Positions 33,593 to 40,456 of a stretch of DNA of 46,183 nt are shown in pieces; position 1 is the stretch's first letter, and every line of letters starts with the position of its first letter. The DNA comes from a virus. The notes below the pieces were generated by a model. That model saw only the letters and a list, made by a program, of their open reading frames with translations. It was not told the origin of the DNA and ran no database searches. The translations under genes were made by a program, and so were the position numbers. The stretch is taken from IMG/VR virus record IMGVR_UViG_3300050133_000017, positions 1 to 46,183 of that record, one strand, 5' to 3'.

Positions 33593-33621
33593 ATTATGAG
33601 CACACAAGATGCGCAAGTCAA
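33593..33621 (-). promoter_or_regulatory. Leftward early promoter PL: TTGACT-N17-CATAAT
   Basis: Minus strand: tTTGACTtgcgcatcttgtgtgctCATAAT. -35 at 33616-33621, -10 at 33593-33598. Confidence 0.6.
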
Positions 33622-33631
33622 ACTCTTTGTT

Positions 33632-33649
33632 CCCTTAGAGCCCTTAGAG
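33632..33649. repeat. Perfect tandem 9-bp repeat CCCTTAGAG x2 just upstream of the PL -35
   Basis: 33632-33640 equals 33641-33649. It is flanked by the 10-bp direct repeat AAACTCTTTG at 33620-33629 and 33656-33665. Confidence 0.85.
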
Positions 33650-33683
33650 CTCTCTAAACTCTTTGCTCTCTTCGTTCCCCCCT

Positions 33684-33949
33684 TGTGCCCGTAAAAAGAG
33701 CACAGGTCTAGCCCACGGAATACGTGGCCTGTAGCGATTCTGTGCTCTTGTGCTCCTTTTTTTTAAAAAACACCCTTTTTCTATATGAATGATTTCCATT
33801 AACAATAACCACCCATTTTTTTGGATTTGGAAATGTGCGAATGACGGGCACAGGAGCACAATTCGACCAAAATCGCCTGGAGGCCACGTAATACATGGCC
33901 TGGAGCTGTGCTCTTAGGTCGGGCACAGCAAGAGCACAGGCGAGCACAG
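33684..33949. repeat. Iteron array (at least 10 copies of RGCACAR / YTGTGCY) arranged as a large imperfect inverted repeat plus three direct copies; ori-like or operator region
   Basis: Copies at 33684, 33698, 33740, 33749, 33846, 33854, 33906, 33921, 33932 and 33942. The arms 33696-33756 and 33846-33917 align in inverted orientation, including TACGTGGCCT / AGGCCACGTA. Confidence 0.75.
33757..33835. other. AT-rich core between the inverted iteron arms (candidate DNA unwinding element)
   Basis: ttttttttaaaaaacaccctttttctatatgaatgatttccattaacaataaccacccatttttttggatttgg. Confidence 0.5.
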
Positions 33950-34010
33950 CATTTCCTTACCCGGAAGTCAGGTTTTGGATTAGAGGCTGAAATCTATTTT
34001 TGAATGGGTG

Positions 34011-34039
34011 TTGACATGAATCCGCTTGTGGGCGATTAT
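34011..34039 (+). promoter_or_regulatory. Rightward family promoter: TTGACA-N17-GATTAT
   Basis: gTTGACAtgaatccgcttgtgggcGATTAT. -35 at 34011-34016, -10 at 34034-34039. Predicted start near 34046. Confidence 0.65.
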
Positions 34040-34045
34040 GGATTC

Positions 34046-35025
34046 GTGGTGAATAGCTCAACCCGCATTGCGCAGGGTTAGCGCCAACCTGGTATTGGCG
34101 AGCTATCTTGATCTGGCACAAGCACAATAGGCCTGAGATCCAGCAAATGTAATAATTGGGCTTTAAACGGTCTGGATTAAGATGGGTCGCTAGAATTGCT
34201 TGATGTTGATAGAGTAATCAGCGAATTGAATACGGACGTGGAACTCGTCGCCGGAGACGTAAACGGCACAAATTTTAAACGCTTTTTAAATCTGAAGTTG
34301 TTATTCGCATGCCAAGTAAAGGGATTGAGTTGCCGGCAGTTTGCGTGAATATCTGGGTTGCTATGGTGATGTCAATCAGGCGCTGATCTGATCAATCATG
34401 TGTAAAGTCTCTTGGCAATGACCAGTTAGACTCTGGTTACTTGGCAGCCGAATAACAATTACACCGAATATGACTCTAATGTAACGGCAGCATGCGGGAT
34501 TCCAAATCCTTGCAGTGTGGGTTAGAATCCTACGAGTCATGCCAAACACCGATTGCAAGTCGGTTCAACCTGTAAAGTTTGCCCGGAGTCCTCCTAACTC
34601 CTGCGGTCAGGGCGCAATACAGGAAACTTGCTAGCCAAGGGCATCTTCACCTGTTGTGCTGGTAGTCGCGCCAGTGGCGAAAGAGCGATAGACTTGAGAT
34701 GCGTGATTTAGGACGCCAGCCCGCAGATGCGGAAATCGTCTTTATCGGAAAGAATCCAGTCATCGTGTTGGTATGTGATGTGCCAAGGGGATAGATACAA
34801 AGTGGATTCTTTACCGATGCAGATGAATGCGCAGGCTGATGCGATAATCATGAGATGGAGAGATCACCCGGTGTAGCGATACGGTGCGGGTGTAGGGGCT
34901 GAGATGGGTATGGTTAGGTCCCCGGTGATTTATAAAACGAGGCGACACCACCAGCGCGCCTATCCACTCAATGCCTGAGATCAGCACGGGCCATCTGCGT
35001 CAAACCTTTTTGATTTATCCAATTG
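34046..35025 (+). ncRNA. Candidate long noncoding/structured RNA (or long processed leader) containing an embedded tRNA
   Basis: About 1 kb downstream of a consensus promoter with no credible ORF on either strand. Several strong hand-folded helices. The first plus-strand terminator is at 35361-35390. Confidence 0.4.
34470..34544 (+). tRNA. tRNA-Trp: tRNA-Trp (anticodon CCA), slightly non-canonical
   Basis: Hand-folded cloverleaf: acceptor ATGACTC/GAGTCAT, U8, D stem ATGT/GCAT with GG in the loop, anticodon loop TTCCAAA, T stem GTGGG/CCTAC, T loop TTAGAAT (A at position 56), discriminator G and an encoded CCA. Confidence 0.7.
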
Positions 35026-35040
35026 CAATGGAGCTTAAAG

Positions 35041-35334
35041 ATGATGATTGAACGTTGGGCGAGTTATCTCGGAATGGCGCTTGCCATGTGCCTAGGTTCT
35101 TTCACGGCTCACGCAGCCGAGCGAATCGAGTACATCGTGGCGGCCAGTTACAGCGACGGCTGGCACGGCGTCGAAAGCGTCAAGCATGAGCTGACCATGA
35201 CGCAGTGGCGACAGGGTAGTGATACCGGCGCCAGCCATGTCAAGTCCAACCTGATCTCACTCAGCAACCACTTCGGCCTGGTTGGCGCCGCACCGATGGC
35301 TCCACCTGATTGGCCTTCCGCCGTAAACGTGTAA
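35041..35334 (+). CDS. Small secreted protein (97 aa, signal peptide ...CLGSFTAHA/AE)
   Basis: ATG 35041 follows GGAGCTTAAAG. N-terminal hydrophobic signal-like segment. A terminator follows. Confidence 0.6.
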   Translation: MMIERWASYLGMALAMCLGSFTAHAAERIEYIVAASYSDGWHGVESVKHELTMTQWRQGSDTGASHVKSNLISLSNHFGLVGAAPMAPPDWPSAVNV

Positions 35335-35360
35335 GCCATACGCCTGGAAGAAACATAAAA

Positions 35361-35390
35361 AGCCCGCCAATTGAAGCGGGCTTTTTCTTG
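35361..35390 (+). terminator. Intrinsic terminator
   Basis: AGCCCGC-caattgaa-GCGGGCT followed by TTTTTCTT, preceded by AAAAA. Confidence 0.85.
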
Positions 35391-35411
35391 CCTGCAATTC
35401 GATAATTCAGC

Positions 35412-35440
35412 TTGACATAATGGTTATGTGTTGCGATTAT
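35412..35440 (+). promoter_or_regulatory. Rightward family promoter heading the structural arm: TTGACA-N17-GATTAT
   Basis: cTTGACAtaatggttatgtgttgcGATTAT. -35 at 35412-35417, -10 at 35435-35440. Confidence 0.65.
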
Positions 35441-35479
35441 TTGTTGGCGCAATGGAGCGCAATGACAGGAGATAGCACC

Positions 35480-35746
35480 ATGGATCTGCAAGTAAAGCAT
35501 GGAGGGCCAGCATTCCCTGCTGAGGTGGATAACAACACCATCGAAACTGTTGAGGGTTTCTTTGATGAGCCGGTTGCTGCTGGCGAGCGGCATCAATACA
35601 GAGGCATGTCCCTGCGCGACTACTTCGCGGCCGAAGCCCTTCAGGGTATTTGCGCAAGCGGTCCTGGGAGCGACATCAGCAACTCGTTTATTGCAAGTGA
35701 GTCGTACGCCCTTGCCGATGCCATGCTTGCGGAGCGTGCGAAATGA
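35480..35746 (+). CDS. Hypothetical phage protein (88 aa, GMSLRDYFAAEAL motif)
   Basis: ATG 35480 follows AGGAG with an 8-nt spacing. Confidence 0.55.
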   Translation: MDLQVKHGGPAFPAEVDNNTIETVEGFFDEPVAAGERHQYRGMSLRDYFAAEALQGICASGPGSDISNSFIASESYALADAMLAERAK

Positions 35747-35898
35747 AACCGTTTATGTGGCGTAGCGTCCGAAGCGGTTACTGGTGTTGCAGTGCTGAGC
35801 GTCGACACTCAACTTATGGGCTTTCCGAATTTACAGCTGTCGATAAGAGCCCGATTGTTGCCTATAAGAAATGGGCTGAAAAAGGAGAACCCCAATGA
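35743..35898 (+). CDS. Small hypothetical protein (51 aa)
   Basis: ATGA coupling at both ends. Below the track cut-off. Confidence 0.45.
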   Translation: MKPFMWRSVRSGYWCCSAERRHSTYGLSEFTAVDKSPIVAYKKWAEKGEPQ

Positions 35899-36425
35899 AG
35901 CTGGTTGATATTTTGGCGCGGGACTTAAGTGCATGGCCTGAAGGGTTTGATGTGATCCAAGGGTACAGGTGGGCTTATTTTTCATTCAAAAAATATGAGC
36001 AAACCCCATGGTTCAATGAAGCTGTCACCCGAGCAGAATGGCAAGCCGCAGTCGATGCGCTGAAGGCTGGGTCGGCGCCTGCATGGGTAGGCCTCGGTCT
36101 ACCACCTATCGGCATTGATGTCGAAGTGTTAGCCGACTATTCGCACCCACGCTTTGATCGGTTTATTGGTCAGCAAGTTCATATCGTCGCACACGACGTG
36201 ATTAATGGTGATCCAGTCTCGGTATTCCGCATGCCAGTTGATGGCGACGATACCGAGCAGGACTATCACGCAATGGTGGCCGGTTCGTTTCGACCCATCC
36301 GCACGCCCGAGCAGATCGCGGCGGAAGAGCTAGGAAGAATTGAAGCCTGGCTTGACTCAAACATCGAAGAGCTGGGATCTGTGGCGGCGAAGCTTCATGC
36401 TTCTGGCTTCAGGGTCACTGACTAA
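35895..36425 (+). CDS. Hypothetical protein (176 aa)
   Basis: AAAGGAG RBS. ATGA coupled. Confidence 0.6.
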   Translation: MKLVDILARDLSAWPEGFDVIQGYRWAYFSFKKYEQTPWFNEAVTRAEWQAAVDALKAGSAPAWVGLGLPPIGIDVEVLADYSHPRFDRFIGQQVHIVAHDVINGDPVSVFRMPVDGDDTEQDYHAMVAGSFRPIRTPEQIAAEELGRIEAWLDSNIEELGSVAAKLHASGFRVTD

Positions 36426-36437
36426 TTGGAGGCAAGC

Positions 36438-36833
36438 ATGAAAAAGGCCTTAGCCCTGGCTACATCCATCCTGATGGCCTGCCTGACCGCGCCAGCCATC
36501 GCGCAATCAAAGATTCCGTCAAACCTTAACCAAGACCCAGAAAAGTTCTGCTTCGTCGCTGGCGTGATCTCAGCGGGCATCATGGAGCGACTGAATGTCG
36601 GCTATCGCCAGGAATACGTGTACGATGAAGTTAACCGGCTGGACCAGCCACAGCTTCGGGCATATCTCAATGAGACCGTCGCCCTGGCCGCCCAGTTTGC
36701 CCAGCACTCAAGCGGACCCGTTGAACCGAAGTTGTTCGCCGAGTGGAACTATCAGCGCTGCCTGATCGCGATGAAGCCTCGCCGCCATGAGGTGATCCAC
36801 GCCGATGGCAGCAAGACTTATTTGGATAATTGA
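36438..36833 (+). CDS. Secreted protein (131 aa, signal peptide MKKALALATSILMACLTAPAIA/QS)
   Basis: ATG 36438 follows GGAGG. Confidence 0.6.
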   Translation: MKKALALATSILMACLTAPAIAQSKIPSNLNQDPEKFCFVAGVISAGIMERLNVGYRQEYVYDEVNRLDQPQLRAYLNETVALAAQFAQHSSGPVEPKLFAEWNYQRCLIAMKPRRHEVIHADGSKTYLDN

Positions 36834-36834
36834 T

Positions 36835-37449
36835 ATGACGCCCGAGCAGCAAGAGCTGTTTGATCAGCTCACTCAGTTGCAGCAACGAACGGCCACAGGC
36901 GTCCTGGCTGGAATGACTCAGCGCGCCGCGTATTACGCTGCTGGCGGCAAGGCCGACACCGATGAATCCGCCGATTCCAGTTGTTCTCAGATCTTGAGTA
37001 ACATAAAGGTAAAAGCATTCATGGACTCAATGAAACGTCAAGCTATTTCTGACGCGATTATGAACCGTGACGAAGCTATGTCGATTCTCACTCAGTTGGC
37101 ACGCGGAAACCTGGTTGACATCGTTAAATTCCGGACTACCCACGTCGGCCAGAACGCCGAGAATGGCGACGACGTACACCAGACCACCTGGACCATCGAC
37201 GAGTCACTGCAAGAAACCGACCCAGAGAAATTAATCATTATCTCCGAGCTGGAAGTCGGCAAGAATGGCCCGAAGATCAAGCAACACTCCAAGGCTGCGG
37301 CCATTGCACTGTTAGCCAAAATGCAGGGCTGGGAGTCCGCGCAGAAGGTTGACCACCTGTCCAGCGATGGCAGCATGAGCGGCCCGACGCGGATTGAGAT
37401 TGTGGCGCCGTCCATGACGCCTGTCGTAGCCGATAAGGACGATGCTTGA
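36835..37449 (+). CDS. terS: Terminase small subunit
   Basis: 204 aa (MTPEQQELFDQLT...RAAYYAAG...), immediately upstream of and coupled to the large terminase. Confidence 0.7.
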   Translation: MTPEQQELFDQLTQLQQRTATGVLAGMTQRAAYYAAGGKADTDESADSSCSQILSNIKVKAFMDSMKRQAISDAIMNRDEAMSILTQLARGNLVDIVKFRTTHVGQNAENGDDVHQTTWTIDESLQETDPEKLIIISELEVGKNGPKIKQHSKAAAIALLAKMQGWESAQKVDHLSSDGSMSGPTRIEIVAPSMTPVVADKDDA

Positions 37450-38858
37450 GCACTCTACGCATCGAGATGCCCCCCAAGATGATCCCGAGCTTTGCGCCGG
37501 CTCGCGGATCCCTGCGTTACCGGTGCTGGCGTGGCGGTCGTGGCTCCGGCAAGTCATTCAACGTCGCCAAGATGGCTGCCGTCTGGGGAGCCGTTGAGCC
37601 GCTGCGCATCGTCTGCGCCCGAGAGCTGCAAAACTCGATCAAGGAGTCATTCCACGCCGAGCTGAAGAATGCCATCGAGTCATGCAAGTGGCTGAAGACT
37701 CAGTACGACGTTGGCGCCGACTACTTGCGCCATAAAACCAATGGCACTGAATTCATCTTCAAGGGTCTGCGTCACAACATTGAGGCCGTCAAGTCGATGG
37801 CTCAAGTTGATCTGCTGATCGTTGAAGAGGCTGAGACTGTCCCGCATTCAAGCTGGGTCGACCTGCTTCCAACCATTCGCGCAGCCGGATCAGAGGTGTG
37901 GCTCATCTGGAACCCCAAGCGCCCCAACAGCTGGGTTGCCGAGAACTTCGACAACGGCACGCCACCCCGCTCCCTGGTGACCAGCGTCAACCACTCTGAC
38001 AATCCATGGTTCAGCAAAGAGCTTGAAGAACAGCGCCTGCACGACAAAGAGGTCATGCCGGTCAACCTGTACAACCACATCTGGGAAGGCGCCTATCTGC
38101 TGGACGACGACACCAGCGTCATCAAATCCGCCTGGGTCGAGTCAGCCATTGATGCCCACCTTCTTATCCCTGAGCTTGAGGATGGCCGCGCCGCTTTGGG
38201 CTTTGACGTTGCCGACGACGGCGCAGACCTTTGCGCTACCGTATTGCGCAAGGGCTCTGTGGCTCGATCTGCTGATGAATGGCATGGTCGCGAAGATGAG
38301 CTGTTCAAATCATGCATACGCGCCTACCACGACGCTCAGGGCGCTGGAGCGCACATCGTCTATGACAGCATCGGCGTTGGTGCTGGTTGCGGCTCAAACT
38401 TCAACGTGCTCAACAGGGATCACCCGAACAACCGAGTCACGCACGACGGCTTCAATGCTGGCGGCAAGGTGCTGCGCCCTGAGGCCCTGTATGGTCACAC
38501 GAAGATCAAGAACAAGGACTTCTTTGCCAACATCAAGGCGCAAATGTGGTGGGATGTCGCGGATCGCTTCCTGTTGACCCACATGGTCATCGAGTCCATC
38601 AAGAACGGCACGGTTCCTCCGAAGTTCAAGATTGAAGAGCTAATCAGCATCGACAGCACCATCAAGCACCTGGCCAAGCTGAAAATGGAGCTGTGCACGC
38701 CGCTGCGTGACTTCGACAATAACGGTCGCGTCAAGGTAGAATCCAAAAAGGACATGAAGAAACGTGAAGTGGCATCGCCAAACCTGGGAGACGGCTTTAT
38801 CATGGCCTACGCTCCGATCCGTCGCGGATTGAACATCAACGCAGAGAACCTTCGATAA
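37446..38858 (+). CDS. terL: Terminase large subunit
   Basis: Walker A GGRGSGKS and Walker B-like DLLIVEEAE. 470 aa. The TTG start at 37446 is uncertain (alternative ATG at 37467). Confidence 0.85.
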   Translation: MSTLRIEMPPKMIPSFAPARGSLRYRCWRGGRGSGKSFNVAKMAAVWGAVEPLRIVCARELQNSIKESFHAELKNAIESCKWLKTQYDVGADYLRHKTNGTEFIFKGLRHNIEAVKSMAQVDLLIVEEAETVPHSSWVDLLPTIRAAGSEVWLIWNPKRPNSWVAENFDNGTPPRSLVTSVNHSDNPWFSKELEEQRLHDKEVMPVNLYNHIWEGAYLLDDDTSVIKSAWVESAIDAHLLIPELEDGRAALGFDVADDGADLCATVLRKGSVARSADEWHGREDELFKSCIRAYHDAQGAGAHIVYDSIGVGAGCGSNFNVLNRDHPNNRVTHDGFNAGGKVLRPEALYGHTKIKNKDFFANIKAQMWWDVADRFLLTHMVIESIKNGTVPPKFKIEELISIDSTIKHLAKLKMELCTPLRDFDNNGRVKVESKKDMKKREVASPNLGDGFIMAYAPIRRGLNINAENLR

Positions 38859-40456
38859 TGACTGATCTATTTGGCCGCAAGCGTCGTCGCAAAGAAGCAG
38901 AGCTGCGCGAGCGCGAGCTTGTCCTGGCCGAAAAGCAGGCAGACATCGCTGATCGCAAGCTGAAGCAGCAGCAAAAGATCATCCGCATGATGCAGGAGGA
39001 AAACTCCAAGGATATGGGCAAGTTCGTGATGGTTCCGCTGGCTGCTCCGGTGCTGATGCCTTCCGTTGTTCCTCAAGGGGAAACCCCAGCTATTGCCATG
39101 GATAGCTGTAGCTCGATCTATTCCTACGCATCTGAGGGCGTGCCGAACTTCTACGGAACGTTCATGGGCTACCCTGCCCTGGCCGCTCTGAGCCAGTCCA
39201 GCGACTACCGCGCCGTCGCAGAGACCACCGCTACCGAGATGACCCGTGAATGGGGTCGCTTCAAGATTGATGAGCCCGATATCGAGCAGAGCGATGACAT
39301 GACCGCCGCCGAGCTGGAGGCTTACAAAGAGAGCAAGTCCGCCGAAAGCGCAGCCAGGCAGATGAAGATCAACAAGATCAATGACGCCTTCGATGAATAC
39401 GGAATCCGGTCGCTGGTGCGCAAAGCTATTGAAGTCGAGATGGGCATGGGGCGCGCCCAGATTTACATCAAGCTCGGCGATGCACAGAAGGACGAAAACC
39501 CCTTCCTGCTGAATAATGTTGGCGTCAAGAAAGGATCGCTCAAGGGATTCCGCCTCATCGAACCTATGTGGTCGACGCCAAGTGTGTACAACGCCAACGA
39601 TCCTACTGCCGAGGACTTCTACAAGCCAACGCAGTGGTTCGTCCTGGGCAAGTCAGTGCACTCTGACCGCCTGATGACGCTGATCATGCGTCCTGTCCCG
39701 GATATGCTGAAGCCCGCCTACAACTTCGGCGGCATCTCCATGTTCCAGCTGATGAAGCCCTACGTGGAGCGCTACCAACGCACTGCCGACAGCATCAGCT
39801 GGGTTGTCCAGGCGTTCAGCTTGACCATCCTGAAAACTGACATGAGCGGCATCCTGGCTGACGGCGAAAGTGATGCCAACCTGTGGATGCGCGCAGGCAT
39901 GTTCAACCGGTACAAAGAAAACTCCGGCATGATGCTGTTGGACAAAGAAAGCGAAGAGATCGATCAGATCAATACGCCGCTGTCTGGCCTGCATGAGCTG
40001 CTGAGCAAGAGCCAGGAGCAGATGGCCGGACCGAGTCACACGCCGCTGGTCAAACTACTGGGCGTGACTCAGTCGGGCCTTGGTAGTGGCGCCGAGGGCG
40101 AGATCACCGTCTACCGCGACTACATCATGGCGCAGAACGAAGCTCATGTTCGCCCGATCATCAAGAAGATTGCCGACCTGGTGCAGCTGGACCTGTTCGG
40201 CGAAGTCGATCCGGCCATCGTCTGGGAGTTCAACCCGCTTGAGCAGCTGAATGGAAAAGAGCTGGCCGAGACCCAGGAGATAAAAATGCGCACCGCCAAG
40301 GATGGTGTTGATGGCAACATCATCTCCCCTCAGGAGGCGCGCAAGGCTCTTTCCAAGGATGAGCAAAGCCCCTTCAGTGGCATCGACATTGACGATGTGC
40401 CGAGCGCCGAGCTGGACGACGCAGATAGTGATTATTCGGATGGCGAGAAGCCTTGA
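38858..40456 (+). CDS. Portal protein
   Basis: 532 aa, lying between the large terminase and the MuF-like gene. TAATG coupling. Confidence 0.75.
   Translation: MTDLFGRKRRRKEAELRERELVLAEKQADIADRKLKQQQKIIRMMQEENSKDMGKFVMVPLAAPVLMPSVVPQGETPAIAMDSCSSIYSYASEGVPNFYGTFMGYPALAALSQSSDYRAVAETTATEMTREWGRFKIDEPDIEQSDDMTAAELEAYKESKSAESAARQMKINKINDAFDEYGIRSLVRKAIEVEMGMGRAQIYIKLGDAQKDENPFLLNNVGVKKGSLKGFRLIEPMWSTPSVYNANDPTAEDFYKPTQWFVLGKSVHSDRLMTLIMRPVPDMLKPAYNFGGISMFQLMKPYVERYQRTADSISWVVQAFSLTILKTDMSGILADGESDANLWMRAGMFNRYKENSGMMLLDKESEEIDQINTPLSGLHELLSKSQEQMAGPSHTPLVKLLGVTQSGLGSGAEGEITVYRDYIMAQNEAHVRPIIKKIADLVQLDLFGEVDPAIVWEFNPLEQLNGKELAETQEIKMRTAKDGVDGNIISPQEARKALSKDEQSPFSGIDIDDVPSAELDDADSDYSDGEKP

Noticed and set aside
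34470-34544. tRNA as part of an attP site of a temperate phage
   Set aside because: It is a full-length tRNA rather than a 3' fragment, and the genome has no integrase or excisionase.
34376-34558. 60-aa minus-strand ORF in the noncoding region
   Set aside because: It has no RBS, an implausible composition, and runs antisense straight through the tRNA cloverleaf.
34548-34564. Hairpin ACCGA-ttgcaag-TCGGT resembling a tRNA-Cys (GCA) anticodon arm right after the tRNA-Trp
   Set aside because: No acceptor, D or T arms can be built around it. It would have to overlap the preceding tRNA.
34046-35025. Idea that the noncoding RNA is a GGA-rich sponge (RsmY/Z or CsrB-like) for the phage CsrA homologue
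   Set aside because: I counted 15 GGA triplets in about 980 nt. That equals the random expectation of about 15. Only a few sit in hairpin loops.
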